This document shows positions 48,719 to 61,206 of a stretch of 64,000 nt of DNA, piece by piece; the first letter of the stretch is position 1; each line of letters opens with the position of its first letter. The stretch is from Escherichia coli (GTDB taxonomy: Bacteria; Pseudomonadota; Gammaproteobacteria; Enterobacterales; Enterobacteriaceae): the NCBI RefSeq assembly GCF_044324785.1, contig NZ_CP172127.1, one strand, 5' to 3'. Below the pieces are notes generated by a model that saw only the letters and a list, made by a program, of their open reading frames with translations, made no database searches and had not been told where the DNA came from. The position numbers and the translations under genes were made by a program.

Positions 48719-49639
48719 TCAGTAACGGATTTTCGGGTCGATAACCGCATATAGCACATCGACAATGGCATTAAACAAAATGGTTAACGCACCAACCAGA
48801 ATGGTCAGACTTAACACTAAGGAATAGTCACGGTTCAATGCGCCATTAACGAACAATTGCCCAATCCCCGGTAAACCATAAATGGTTTCGATGACCATAG
48901 AACCGGTAATAATGCCGACAAATGCAGGGCCCATATAGGAGAGCACGGGTAACAGAGCAGGTTTTAATGCATGGCGTAAAATGATCCGCCGCATAGGTAA
49001 CCCTTTCGCCCGGGCAGTACGAATAAAGTTGGAGTGTAATACTTCAATCATAGAGCCACGGGTAATACGCGCAATACTGGCGATATAGGCGAGTGACAAC
49101 GCCACCATTGGCAGTATCATGAATTTAAGCGCACCACCATTCCAGCCACCTCCCGGCAGCCAATGCAAAATGATCGCAAATATCATGACTAATAATGGCG
49201 CAACCACAAAACTGGGAATAACAACCCCGGTCATTGCCAGCCCCATCACGGTATAGTCCCATTTGGTGTTTTGTTTTAATGCGGCAATAACGCCAGCACT
49301 AACACCCAGTATTACCGCAAGGAAAAATGCTGCGGCTCCCAGTTTGGCAGAAACGGGAAAACTGGATGCAACCAGGTCGTTGACCGAATAATCTTTATAT
49401 TTAAACGATGGACCGAAATCGCCATGCGCCAGTTGTTTCAGGTAGCTGAAATACTGTGTCATGATCGGATCATTAAGATGATATTTCGCTTCGATATTGG
49501 CCATCACTTCTGGCGGTAAAGTACGTTCGCCGGTAAAAGGGCTTCCCGGCGCGAGGCGCATCATGAAGAACGAAATAGTAATAAGAATAAATAGCGTCGG
49601 AATCGCTTCCAGACAGCGACGTAGAATAAATTTTAACAT
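48719..49639 (-). CDS. oppB: oligopeptide ABC transporter permease OppB
   Basis: 306-aa polytopic permease ORF; synteny. Confidence 0.95.
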   Translation of the reverse strand: MLKFILRRCLEAIPTLFILITISFFMMRLAPGSPFTGERTLPPEVMANIEAKYHLNDPIMTQYFSYLKQLAHGDFGPSFKYKDYSVNDLVASSFPVSAKLGAAAFFLAVILGVSAGVIAALKQNTKWDYTVMGLAMTGVVIPSFVVAPLLVMIFAIILHWLPGGGWNGGALKFMILPMVALSLAYIASIARITRGSMIEVLHSNFIRTARAKGLPMRRIILRHALKPALLPVLSYMGPAFVGIITGSMVIETIYGLPGIGQLFVNGALNRDYSLVLSLTILVGALTILFNAIVDVLYAVIDPKIRY

Positions 49640-49724
49640 TGCCCTACCTTCTGGCCTGTGCCTTCTGTAATGCGATAAAAATCAGACACCGTGGAGCAGG
49701 ACACGCCTGCCCCACGTATTGCCA

Positions 49725-51356
49725 TTAGTGCTTCACAATGTACATATTCCGGGTGTAGGTATTATCCAGCGGATCTTTGCCGGTATAGCCACCAACCCAC
49801 GGTTTCACCAGACGCGCATTCACGTAGTAATAAACAGGAACAATGGCCGAATCCTTATCCAGCTGTTGTTCTGCTTTAGTGTACAGAGCTGTGCGCTGCG
49901 CCTCGTCAGTCACTTTCAGCGTTTCCGCCATAATGCTGTCAAAGGCCGGGCTCTTATAATGCGCGGTATTCATCGAGCTGTTCGACAGCATGGTGTTCAG
50001 GAAGGAAGTTGGTTCGTTGTAGTCTGCACACCAGCCTGCACGGGCCACATCAAAAGTGCCCTGGTGACGGGTGTCGAGGAACGTTTTCCACTCCTGGTTA
50101 ACCAGTTTGACGTTTACACCAATGTTTTTCTTCCACAATGAAGAGGCTGCAATCGCCAGCTTTTTATGCAGATCGGAGGTGTTATACAACAGGTTGATGG
50201 TTAACGGTTTGTCTGCGGTATAACCCGCTTCAGCCAGCAGTTTTTTCGCTTCTTCGTTACGTTTTTCCTGGCTCCAGCCAAACCATTCCGGCTGAGTCAA
50301 TTTTGCGCCATCAGTATACGGTGGAGTGTAACCATAGGCGGGCATGTCGCCCTGCGCTTTCACTTTATTAACAATGATATCGCGGTCCATACCCAGTTTC
50401 AGTGCGGTACGCACACGTACATCGTTAAATGGCGGTTTCTGGTTGTTAATTTCGTAATAATAAGTGCACAGGTATGGATCAACGTGAACTTCGTCCGGGA
50501 TCTCTTTTTTCAGCTTCTGGAACAATTCGATCGGCATGTTGTTATACGTCATGTCGATTTCACCACTACGGTAGCGGTTGACATCGGTAACTTCAGAAGC
50601 AATAGGCAAATAGGTTACCTGGTTAATAACGGTTTTCGCGTTGTTCCAGTAAGTCGGGCTGCGTTCAAGAACGATTCGCTCGTTTACGACCCAATCTTTT
50701 AAGGTATAGGCACCGTTGGTGACGATATTTCCAGGCTGGGTCCATTTTTCGCCGAATTTCTCGATAGCGGCTTTTGACACCGGTGAAGTTGATGGGTGAA
50801 CAAGTAATTTATAGAAGTACGGAACAGGTTCACTTAAGGTGACTTCTAATGTGTGATCATCAATAGCTTTCACGCCGAGATCGGTAATCGGTTTTTTCCC
50901 TTCAAGAATTTCATCAATACCGGCGATATGCCCATATTGCAGATAACTGGCATACGGAGAAGCGGTGTTCGGATCAACAGAACGTTGCCAGCTATACACA
51001 AAGTCTTGGGCTGTGACTGGCGTGCCATCAGACCATTTCGCATCTTTACGCAAATGGAAGGTCCAGACTTTCGCGTCTTTATTATCCCAGGATTCAGCGA
51101 CGCCAGGTGCTGGATGACCGTCAAGATCGCTGACCAGTAAGCCTTCAAACAGGTCTCGGCTGATATTAGACTCCGGAACACCTTCAATTTTGTGCGGATC
51201 TAATGACTGAACTTCTGAACCATTGTTACGTACCAGCGTTTGTTTTTCCGCCAGTGTGACGCCTGCGGGTACATCAGCTGCCAGCGCGACATTCCCTGCC
51301 ATTAGCGCAGCCAGAACGCCAGCTGCTACTAAACTTCTCTTGGTGATGTTGGTCAT
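49725..51356 (-). CDS. oppA: periplasmic oligopeptide-binding protein OppA
   Basis: ORF 49725..51428 trimmed to MTNITKRSLVAAGVLAALMAGNVALA (signal peptide) with SD gagggag upstream. Confidence 0.95.
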   Translation of the reverse strand: MTNITKRSLVAAGVLAALMAGNVALAADVPAGVTLAEKQTLVRNNGSEVQSLDPHKIEGVPESNISRDLFEGLLVSDLDGHPAPGVAESWDNKDAKVWTFHLRKDAKWSDGTPVTAQDFVYSWQRSVDPNTASPYASYLQYGHIAGIDEILEGKKPITDLGVKAIDDHTLEVTLSEPVPYFYKLLVHPSTSPVSKAAIEKFGEKWTQPGNIVTNGAYTLKDWVVNERIVLERSPTYWNNAKTVINQVTYLPIASEVTDVNRYRSGEIDMTYNNMPIELFQKLKKEIPDEVHVDPYLCTYYYEINNQKPPFNDVRVRTALKLGMDRDIIVNKVKAQGDMPAYGYTPPYTDGAKLTQPEWFGWSQEKRNEEAKKLLAEAGYTADKPLTINLLYNTSDLHKKLAIAASSLWKKNIGVNVKLVNQEWKTFLDTRHQGTFDVARAGWCADYNEPTSFLNTMLSNSSMNTAHYKSPAFDSIMAETLKVTDEAQRTALYTKAEQQLDKDSAIVPVYYYVNARLVKPWVGGYTGKDPLDNTYTRNMYIVKH

Positions 51357-52093
51357 TGTTTTTTGGACTCCCTCATTATAATTACTGGTATTAACCAGCA
51401 TGTGTAATCCCGGATTGGGACCCTGCACAGGCTCGGAGACTTTCTGCTGTCAGGTTACTTTATCGTTACGGATTGCTATCACCGACTTTATTTATTCTGG
51501 TGATTCAGACGATCACCTTATGTCGATTCGTACTGTGTCTCCCCTGTCGAGACACATTATTCTTTCGCGACGCTCTTTAATTGTTAATTATTCTCATTAC
51601 CAATAAAGAATCGCCTGACGGTTGCCCGGAAAGTACCAAATGCGGTTCTTACTCGCCAATACATTTTGCAAAATTGTTAAGCAATTCTCTTTTATTGACC
51701 GTATCAGAATCTATAGCTTGTATCCATGACTTAACAAACATCTTTAAATTCAATCAAATAGAGATTGGTTAAGCATGTCTATCTTTTCTGATTACAGTTC
51801 CAGTAGTGAAATGCACAATAATTTAACAATTGATTATTATTTAGCACTTTCCTCTACCAAAGGCAGTGGAATTACTAATATCATTTCAATTATTCTTCAG
51901 CAAGCCCAGGATTATGATGTGGCGAAAATAACATGATGGTAAGGAGAAGCAGTTAAGGAAATCCTTATAACTACCTGTAATTTGAGAAGAATATTTTTAC
52001 CTATTCCTTTTGCTTTTGATAACTGCGCGGGAACAAAGTAAAAATAATGACGAAGTAAACGGAGCATGGCAGCTCCGTTTCATTTGAAAGGAA

Positions 52094-52741
52094 TTAATTA
52101 AGCAGGCCGGGGAAAATCCCCTTAATACCAGTAACGATAAATTCAATCCCCAATGCCATCAGCAATAGCCCCATAATACGCGTAATCACGTTGATGCCGG
52201 TCTGGCGTAAAACCCGTACCAGCCACGGTGCCATGCGGAACAATCCCCAGCAACATAAAGCGAACAAAGCAATAGCCACAAAGAAACCAAACAGATAGCT
52301 AATGCTGTGATAACGCGTACCCCAGACGATGGTAGAACTGATCGCCCCTGGCCCCGCCATCAACGGCAACGCCAACGGCACCACACCAATGCTTTCACGT
52401 ACCGCGGTTTCTGATTTTTCTTGCTTGTTCTGTTTATCCTCGCCAAGCTTGCCGCTGATCATCGACATCGCTATCGTCACCACCAGGATGCCCCCGGCGA
52501 TACGGAACGAATCAATTGATATACCAAAAAGTTGCAGAATCGTGTCGCCGAGAAAAAGCGAGATCCACAAGATAATGGCCACAGACAGGTTGGCTGTAAG
52601 GTTCGTTTTGTTTCGCGCTGCCGCTGTCTGATAACTGGTCATGCTGATAAAGACGGGAATAATCCCTACCGGGTTGACCAGCGCAAATAACCCGATGAAA
52701 AATTTGAAGTAAACGGGAAAATCAAAAAGGGTCTGAATCAC
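52094..52741 (-). CDS. ychE: MarC-family inner-membrane protein YchE
   Basis: 215-aa polytopic ORF; synteny between oppA and adhE. Confidence 0.85.
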   Translation of the reverse strand: MIQTLFDFPVYFKFFIGLFALVNPVGIIPVFISMTSYQTAAARNKTNLTANLSVAIILWISLFLGDTILQLFGISIDSFRIAGGILVVTIAMSMISGKLGEDKQNKQEKSETAVRESIGVVPLALPLMAGPGAISSTIVWGTRYHSISYLFGFFVAIALFALCCWGLFRMAPWLVRVLRQTGINVITRIMGLLLMALGIEFIVTGIKGIFPGLLN

Positions 52742-53217
52742 GGTTAGCTCCGAAGCAAAAGCCGGATAATGTTAGCCATAAATAAGGTTGAAAAGACGCG
52801 CTGACAATACGCCTTTTGACAGCATTTTTCACCTCCTAACTACTTAAAATTGCTATCATTCGTTATTGTTATCTGGTTGTGCAAAACATGCTAATGTAGC
52901 CACCAAATCATACTACAATTTATTAACTGTTAGCTATAATGGCGAAAAGCGATGCTGAAAGGTGTCAGCTTTGCAAAAATTTGATTTGGATCACGTAATC
53001 AGTACCCAGAAGTGAGTAATCTTGCTTACGCCACCTGGAAGTGACGCATTAGAGATAATAACTCTAATGTTTAAACTCTTTTAGTAAATCACAGTGAGTG
53101 TGAGCGCGAGTAAGCTTTTGATTTTCATCGGTTAAGCAAATCATCACCGCACTGACTATACTCTCGTATTCGAGCAGATGATTTACTAAAAAAGTTTAAC
53201 ATTATCAGGAGAGCATT

Positions 53218-55893
53218 ATGGCTGTTACTAATGTCGCTGAACTTAACGCACTCGTAGAGCGTGTAAAAAAAGCCCAGCGTGAATATGCCAGTTTCACTCA
53301 AGAGCAAGTAGACAAAATCTTCCGCGCCGCCGCTCTGGCTGCTGCAGATGCTCGAATCCCACTCGCGAAAATGGCCGTTGCCGAATCCGGCATGGGTATC
53401 GTCGAAGATAAAGTGATCAAAAACCACTTTGCTTCTGAATATATCTACAACGCCTATAAAGATGAAAAAACCTGTGGTGTTCTGTCTGAAGACGACACTT
53501 TTGGTACCATCACTATCGCTGAACCAATCGGTATTATTTGCGGTATCGTTCCGACCACTAACCCGACTTCAACTGCTATCTTCAAATCGCTGATCAGTCT
53601 GAAGACCCGTAACGCCATTATCTTCTCCCCGCACCCGCGTGCAAAAGATGCCACCAACAAAGCGGCTGATATCGTTCTGCAGGCTGCTATCGCTGCCGGT
53701 GCTCCGAAAGATCTGATCGGCTGGATCGATCAACCTTCTGTTGAACTGTCTAACGCACTGATGCACCACCCAGACATCAACCTGATCCTCGCGACTGGTG
53801 GTCCGGGCATGGTTAAAGCCGCATACAGCTCCGGTAAACCAGCTATCGGTGTAGGCGCGGGTAACACTCCAGTTGTTATTGATGAAACTGCTGATATCAA
53901 ACGTGCAGTTGCATCTGTACTGATGTCCAAAACCTTCGACAACGGCGTAATCTGTGCTTCTGAACAGTCTGTTGTTGTTGTTGACTCTGTTTATGACGCA
54001 GTACGTGAACGTTTCGCAACCCACGGCGGCTATCTGTTGCAGGGTAAAGAGCTGAAAGCTGTTCAGGACGTTATCCTGAAAAACGGTGCGCTGAACGCGG
54101 CTATCGTTGGTCAGCCAGCCTATAAAATTGCTGAACTGGCAGGCTTCTCTGTACCAGAAAACACCAAGATTCTGATCGGTGAAGTGACCGTTGTTGATGA
54201 AAGCGAACCGTTCGCACATGAAAAACTGTCCCCAACTCTGGCAATGTACCGCGCTAAAGATTTCGAAGACGCGGTAGAAAAAGCAGAGAAACTGGTAGCT
54301 ATGGGCGGTATCGGTCATACCTCTTGCCTGTACACTGACCAGGATAACCAACCGGCTCGCGTTTCTTACTTCGGTCAGAAAATGAAAACGGCTCGTATCC
54401 TGATTAACACCCCGGCTTCGCAGGGTGGTATCGGTGACCTGTATAACTTCAAACTCGCACCTTCCCTGACTCTGGGTTGTGGTTCCTGGGGTGGTAACTC
54501 CATCTCTGAAAACGTTGGTCCGAAACACCTGATCAACAAGAAAACCGTTGCTAAGCGAGCTGAAAACATGTTGTGGCACAAACTTCCGAAATCTATCTAC
54601 TTCCGCCGTGGCTCCCTGCCAATCGCGCTGGATGAAGTGATTACTGATGGCCACAAACGTGCGCTCATCGTGACTGACCGCTTCCTGTTCAACAATGGTT
54701 ATGCTGATCAGATCACTTCCGTACTGAAAGCAGCAGGCGTTGAAACTGAAGTCTTCTTCGAAGTAGAAGCTGACCCGACCCTGAGCATCGTTCGTAAAGG
54801 TGCAGAACTGGCAAACTCCTTCAAACCAGACGTGATTATCGCGCTGGGTGGTGGTTCCCCGATGGACGCCGCGAAGATCATGTGGGTCATGTACGAACAT
54901 CCGGAAACTCACTTCGAAGAACTGGCGCTGCGCTTTATGGATATCCGTAAACGTATCTACAAGTTCCCGAAAATGGGCGTGAAAGCGAAAATGATCGCTG
55001 TCACCACCACTTCTGGTACAGGTTCTGAAGTCACTCCGTTTGCGGTTGTAACTGACGACGCTACTGGTCAGAAATATCCGCTGGCAGACTATGCGCTGAC
55101 CCCGGATATGGCGATTGTCGATGCCAACCTGGTTATGGACATGCCGAAGTCCCTGTGTGCTTTCGGTGGTCTGGACGCAGTAACTCACGCCATGGAAGCT
55201 TATGTTTCTGTACTGGCATCTGAGTTCTCTGATGGTCAGGCTCTGCAGGCGCTGAAACTGCTGAAAGAATATCTGCCAGCGTCCTACCACGAAGGATCTA
55301 AAAATCCGGTAGCGCGTGAACGTGTTCACAGTGCAGCAACTATCGCGGGTATCGCGTTTGCGAACGCCTTCCTGGGTGTATGTCACTCAATGGCGCACAA
55401 ACTGGGTTCCCAGTTCCATATTCCGCACGGTCTGGCAAACGCCCTGCTGATTTGTAACGTTATTCGCTACAACGCGAACGACAACCCGACCAAGCAGACT
55501 GCATTCAGCCAGTATGACCGTCCGCAGGCTCGCCGTCGTTATGCTGAAATTGCCGACCACCTGGGTCTGAGCGCACCGGGCGACCGTACTGCTGCTAAGA
55601 TCGAGAAACTGCTGGCATGGCTGGAAACGCTGAAGGCTGAACTGGGTATTCCGAAATCTATCCGTGAAGCTGGCGTTCAGGAAGCAGACTTCCTGGCGAA
55701 TGTGGATAAACTGTCTGAAGATGCATTCGATGACCAGTGCACCGGCGCTAACCCGCGTTACCCACTGATCTCCGAGCTGAAACAGATTCTGCTGGATACC
55801 TACTACGGTCGTGATTATGTAGAAGGTGAAACTGCAGCGAAAAAAGAAGCCGCTCCGGCTAAAGCTGAGAAAAAAGCGAAGAAATCCGCTTAA
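53218..55893 (+). CDS. adhE: bifunctional acetaldehyde-CoA/alcohol dehydrogenase
   Basis: 891-aa [81 protein letters not shown]... Confidence 0.97.
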
Positions 55894-55909
55894 TCAGTAG
55901 CGCTGTCTG

Positions 55910-55934
55910 GCAACATAAACGGTCCCTTCTGGGG
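55910..55934 (+). terminator. rho-independent terminator of adhE
   Basis: cggtccc-ttct-ggggccg (one G-U pair) followed by ttttttt. Confidence 0.8.
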
Positions 55935-56195
55935 CCGTTTTTTTGTTTTACCCAAAGCAACTTTCCCATAAACCGACAGCATTTGCCTTCATCATATTTA
56001 CGGCGATGTATAACGCCTACACACAGCGATATTGTACTTTACAGGTCACAAGTCAACGTCACTGTAAAAGCGCTCTGTGAGGGGTATAGCGGCGTTAAAG
56101 AACTGTCGAGAAGGGTATATACACCGGATGAAGTGAGTAAAACGAACTGACAGGATAAAAGTGCCCTGCTCACCCTGTCAGTAAAGAAATTCTTA

Positions 56196-56813
56196 TTAAT
56201 CGTGGCGATGCCTTTCCTGAATAGCCGTTAATGAGCCGACTTCTAACGCTTCTTTATAGTGTTTACGGCATACAGAAACGTAGCGTTCATTACCACCAAT
56301 AACCACCTGCTCACCTTCGTTATAAGGTCTGCCTGCTTGATCAAGACGCAGCACCATGCTTGCTTTGCGGCCACAAAAACAGATGGTTTTTAATTCAACC
56401 AGTTTGTCGGACCATGCCAGTAAGTATTGGCTGCCAATAAATAATTCACCTCGAAAATCGGTACGTAAACCATAACAAAGTACGGGTATATCGAGTTGAT
56501 CGACAACCTCCGATAATTCATATACTTGTTGTCTGGTTAAAAACTGGCATTCATCAACCAGTACGCAATGAATTGCCTGCTGTTCATGTTCCGCACGAAT
56601 CTCATCAAATAATGATGAATTTTGGTTAAATAATTTTGCAGGCGATGACAAACCTATACGCGAACTGACTTTCCCGGCACCAAAGCGATCATCAATTTCT
56701 GCCGTATATACGACAGTGCGCATGCCGCGTTCCTGGTAATTGTATGAAGATTGCAACAATGCTGTAGACTTACCCGCATTCATTGCGGAATAGTAGAAAT
56801 ATAGCTGTGCCAT
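56196..56813 (-). CDS. tdk: thymidine kinase
   Basis: 205-aa [33 protein letters not shown]... (P-loop). Confidence 0.92.
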
Positions 56814-57416
56814 CAGCCACAGGCCCTCAATGATATGAATTAAAGTTGGCTGGAGTTTATCATAATTCGTCAGTTTTTCAGCTCAACAGTATGCACAGAA
56901 GTGGTATATGCGTTCTCCCTTACGAAGCCTTGCATAATCCTTCTGAGCTATCATTACAACTGCCTCGCTTGTTATAAGCGGGTAAATGACTGCTGGTAAC
57001 TATTCACAATCTTTAACCTGTTGCGCAAGTAATAGCCCTCTGTTGACCTCCAGGAGATAGTGCAATACTAAGTCCCTGCTCTTATTGCGACTGTTCTACT
57101 TTTCATCATTCGCTTAATAGGGAATTCTCGTAAACACGACTAATACAGAAGACTGAAAGGTCGTCAGCCTACGATAATCTCCCCATAAAATGTGACATGA
57201 ATCAGGAAGTTTTAACCTCACGTGCTGCGAAATCATCGGCGCAAATAGGGCTATATGCCGCGTCTTTTCTGGCTAATTTTATGAAAAGATATTTATTGGC
57301 GGCACAAAATAAAGAACAATTTTGAATTCCTTACATTCCTGGCTATTGCACAACTGAATTTAAGGCTCTATTATTACCTCAACAAACCACCCCAATATAA
57401 GTTTGAGATTACTACA

Positions 57417-57830
57417 ATGAGCGAAGCACTTAAAATTCTGAACAACATCCGTACTCTTCGTGCGCAGGCAAGAGAATGTACACTTGAAACGCTGGAAGAA
57501 ATGCTGGAAAAATTAGAAGTTGTTGTTAACGAACGTCGCGAAGAAGAAAGCGCGGCTGCTGCTGAAGTTGAAGAGCGCACTCGTAAACTGCAGCAATATC
57601 GCGAAATGCTGATCGCTGACGGTATTGACCCGAACGAACTGCTGAATAGCCTTGCTGCCGTTAAATCTGGCACCAAAGCTAAACGTGCTCAGCGTCCGGC
57701 AAAATATAGCTACGTTGACGAAAACGGCGAAACTAAAACCTGGACTGGCCAGGGCCGTACTCCAGCTGTAATCAAAAAAGCAATGGATGAGCAAGGTAAA
57801 TCCCTCGACGATTTCCTGATCAAGCAATAA
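57417..57830 (+). CDS. hns: nucleoid-associated protein H-NS
   Basis: 137-aa [47 protein letters not shown]... Confidence 0.97.
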
Positions 57831-57854
57831 TCTTCTGTGGATTGCACTTGCTTA

Positions 57855-57881
57855 AAATCCCGCCATCGGCGGGATTTTTTA
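57855..57881 (+). terminator. rho-independent terminator of hns
   Basis: aaatcccgcc-atcg-gcgggattt followed by tttttt. Confidence 0.85.
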
Positions 57882-57918
57882 TTGTCCGGTTTAAGACAAT
57901 TTAATAAGAATAAGCTAT

Positions 57919-57950
57919 AAAAAAACGGCGTCGATTACTCAACGCCGTTT
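57919..57950 (-). terminator. rho-independent terminator of galU
   Basis: On the minus strand, aacggcgt-tgagtaatcg-acgccgtt followed by ttttt. Confidence 0.8.
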
Positions 57951-57973
57951 CGTGGATAACACCGATACGGATG

Positions 57974-58882
57974 TTACTTCTTAATGCCCATCTCTTCTTC
58001 AAGCCAGGCTTTAAATTCCGTGCCAAGGGTGTTATGACGAATACCGTATTCAACGAAGGCCTGCATGTAACCTAATTTATTACCGCAGTCATGGCTCTTC
58101 CCTTTCATATGATAGGCTTCAACCGTTTCTTTTTCGATCAGCATATCAATTGCGTCGGTGAGCTGAATTTCATCACCAGCACCCGGAGGTGTTTTTGCCA
58201 GCAACGGCCAAATATCCGCGCTAAGTACGTAACGACCCACAATAGCGAGATTAGACGGCGCAACATCCGCTTTTGGTTTTTCAACCACGCCAACCATAGG
58301 TACGCTTTCACCCGGCGCTAATTCAACGCCTTTGCAATCCACAACGCCATATGCGGTAACATCAGCAACCGGTTCAACCATGATCTGGCTATGACCCGTT
58401 TCATCAAAGCGGCGGATCATCTCTGCCAGGTTATCCTGTGACAAATCGGATTCATATTCATCCAGAATAACGTCAGGCAAAATAACAGCCACAGGTTCAT
58501 CACCCACTACCGGGTGAGCACACAATACCGCGTGTCCCAGGCCTTTCGCCAGCCCCTGACGAACTTGCATAATAGTCACGTGCGGCGGACAAATAGACTG
58601 CACTTCATCAAGCAGTTGACGTTTTACACGTTTTTCCAGCATTGCTTCCAGTTCAAAACTGGTATCAAAGTGGTTTTCAATAGAGTTTTTAGATGAGTGA
58701 GTAACCAGCACAATTTCAGTAATGCCAGCCGCAATACATTCATTCACGACGTATTGAATTAATGGCTTATCGACAAGTGGCAGCATCTCTTTCGGGATGG
58801 CTTTCGTCGCCGGCAACATCCTGGTTCCTAATCCCGCAACGGGGATAACGGCTTTTTTGACTTTCGTATTAATGGCAGCCAT
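57974..58882 (-). CDS. galU: UTP--glucose-1-phosphate uridylyltransferase
   Basis: 302-aa [51 protein letters not shown]... Confidence 0.95.
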
Positions 58883-59083
58883 TTAAATTCTCCTGGACTG
58901 TTCGTGTTTTGAACGTGTTCATATTTCTGTATCGCATCCCAGTATATCAGCACCCCGAAGGGGCTAAGTTCTGAAAAGGATGCGAGTTAGCATAATTAAG
59001 ACAATTACTTATACGAATGGCGACGATAGTACCACCAGCCGACATTAGCTGGTAATGCAAATTTAGCCCGCGTTATCGTTTGC

Positions 59084-60097
59084 TCATTCTGCAGACAACA
59101 TCAAGCGCAGCCGACCACCGGTTCCCCATATTTGGCATTGCCAGGCATCGCATCGCTGGCTCAATTGATTCAAATAAGCGTTACCTAAAGTGCCTAACGG
59201 AACACCATTACTGATTTGCACCTGGTGTTCGCCGGTATTTAACGTCGCATTCAGCCCCGCAGAAACCAGAATGAGATTTTTCAGTTCGCGATGATAATAG
59301 CCAACTAATAGCGGAAACTGCCCCGGCAGATTGGCCTGACGGAGTAAATGGTTTACCTGCTTCAATAACGCGCCCAACTCTGGCAACCGTTGATTTTGGT
59401 GTGCAAGCTGTTCCTGTAATAATCCGTTAAACAATGCGCGTAATAACAAGGCAGCAAGTACGCCATTATGTCCAGCTCGGGTGACATCAAGGCAATAAAA
59501 TGCCAGATCGTTTTCCGAAAGTGCGGCAATATCAAGCACCAGGCCGGGTTTGTCCGCGGCAACCAATTGACGATAATTAACCCGGCAATGGGAAATCACC
59601 TGCTGAACCGGCGGTTGCAATTCCTGTAATAATTTCGCCGCTGCGGCAGGGTTATCAACCATTGCATCCCAGTCGCGAAAAAGCCTCTCCTCTTCCTCAA
59701 CGCGGGAATTAAACATGCTGGGATAGAGACAGGCAAAAACCATCTCGCGCAAGCGATTCAGATCTTTAACTGGTTTCAGCAAAACATCTTCAACGCCCAG
59801 ACGTAACGCTTTGGCAATATCTGCCATATTTTCAGTGGCAGATATCACCAGAACCGGTGTCTGGTCACCTCTGTTACGTATATGCTCCAGCAATTTAAGC
59901 CCGTTCATTCGTGGCATCGCGATATCACATATCATCAGGTCTGGAGTGAAACCTCCCAGCAACTCAAGGGCATCCACCCCATCAGCCGCCAGTACCGTTG
60001 TCGCTCCCAATGAGGAAAACCACGAATCCAGAAGCGAGCGAAATACCTGCTCATCTTCAACAATGAGAATCTGTTTTCCGACCAATGGCTGCGTCAT
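59084..60097 (-). CDS. rssB: RpoS-degradation adaptor response regulator RssB
   Basis: 337-aa ORF MTQPLVGKQILIVEDEQVFRSLLDSWFSSLGATTVLAADGVDALELL... (receiver domain). Confidence 0.95.
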   Translation of the reverse strand: MTQPLVGKQILIVEDEQVFRSLLDSWFSSLGATTVLAADGVDALELLGGFTPDLMICDIAMPRMNGLKLLEHIRNRGDQTPVLVISATENMADIAKALRLGVEDVLLKPVKDLNRLREMVFACLYPSMFNSRVEEEERLFRDWDAMVDNPAAAAKLLQELQPPVQQVISHCRVNYRQLVAADKPGLVLDIAALSENDLAFYCLDVTRAGHNGVLAALLLRALFNGLLQEQLAHQNQRLPELGALLKQVNHLLRQANLPGQFPLLVGYYHRELKNLILVSAGLNATLNTGEHQVQISNGVPLGTLGNAYLNQLSQRCDAWQCQIWGTGGRLRLMLSAE

Positions 60098-60188
60098 GTT
60101 CTCTCCCCTGACTGGCTTTACTCAATAGTGGCATGCTATTGCCACCTGCGCCTGTCAGAATTAACTTAAGTGTAGATAAAAATTCTGG

Positions 60189-61094
60189 TCAAATGTTGGT
60201 GCGTACCAACGGCAAAAGTTCGTCCATTTTCTTTTCCACTGCCAGCTGCCCAGCCGCAATGGCAGCGTGCGCGCGATGGAAATCAAGCGTAGATATTTGC
60301 GGGCAAACAGGTTGAATCAGAATATCGGGCGGATCACCTGCCATGCGGTTCCTTTTAAGGCGGTTCTCCAGCACCTGGATAGAAGTGGTCATAATCTCTG
60401 TTGCCGTTGGCGCTGTCACCGCCCGACGTGTCGTTATGCTGCCCAACCTTTCTTTCAGACGCGCATGCCACGGCAGAGAATCACCATTCTCGCTATTTTC
60501 TTCACTGACATTAAAGGAGAGCAGATCTTGTTGCATCAAATGAGCATCGTGCTGCAGGTCGACCGCTATCACAATATCAGCACCCAATGCACGCGTGAGC
60601 GAAATAGGAATTGGGTTAACTACAGCGCCATCAACCAGCCAATAGCCGTTATGCGCAACGGGTGCCATTAGTCCTGGAATACTGCATGATGCACGAATAG
60701 CAAGATGGAGATCGCCTTCAGTAAACCATAATTCGCGCCCAGTACTTAAATTGGTGGCAACAGCCGCGAAGCGACGGGAACAATTTTCGATCTCTGTTTC
60801 CGGCATTATTTCGCGATATTGATTGAAGACACGCTCGCCGCGCAGTAACCCACCGCGCTGCCAGGAGAGATCCATCAGGCGTAAAACATCCCAATAACTG
60901 AAAGAGGTTACCCAATCTTCCAGCGCAGATAATCGATCGCATGCATAGGCAGCGCCCACCAGCGAACCAATTGAACATCCTGCAACGATATCAATTTCAA
61001 TACCCACTTTTTTTAGCGCATTAATAACGCCAATATGCGACCAACCTCTCGCCGCGCCAGATCCCAGCGCCAGCCCTATTTTTATCTTTCTCAT
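60189..61094 (-). CDS. rssA: patatin-like phospholipase RssA
   Basis: 301-aa ORF with GxGxxRG (GSGAARG) and GCSIG nucleophile motif. Confidence 0.88.
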   Translation of the reverse strand: MRKIKIGLALGSGAARGWSHIGVINALKKVGIEIDIVAGCSIGSLVGAAYACDRLSALEDWVTSFSYWDVLRLMDLSWQRGGLLRGERVFNQYREIMPETEIENCSRRFAAVATNLSTGRELWFTEGDLHLAIRASCSIPGLMAPVAHNGYWLVDGAVVNPIPISLTRALGADIVIAVDLQHDAHLMQQDLLSFNVSEENSENGDSLPWHARLKERLGSITTRRAVTAPTATEIMTTSIQVLENRLKRNRMAGDPPDILIQPVCPQISTLDFHRAHAAIAAGQLAVEKKMDELLPLVRTNI

Positions 61095-61206
61095 TATTCC
61101 CGCAAGATTCCCCTGGAATGCAATCGTAGCAACATCGCTACTGCTCGGTTAACATAGTGCTACTCAGGCGGTTAATACGCCGTTATTGTTTCCAGGGAGA
61201 TTATTT

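Noticed and set aside
53569-55386. 605-aa ORF on the minus strand entirely inside adhE
   Set aside because: Antisense to a highly expressed, strongly codon-biased gene whose plus-strand product is unmistakably AdhE; long antisense ORFs of this kind are a known artefact. No SD and no coherent domain-like sequence.
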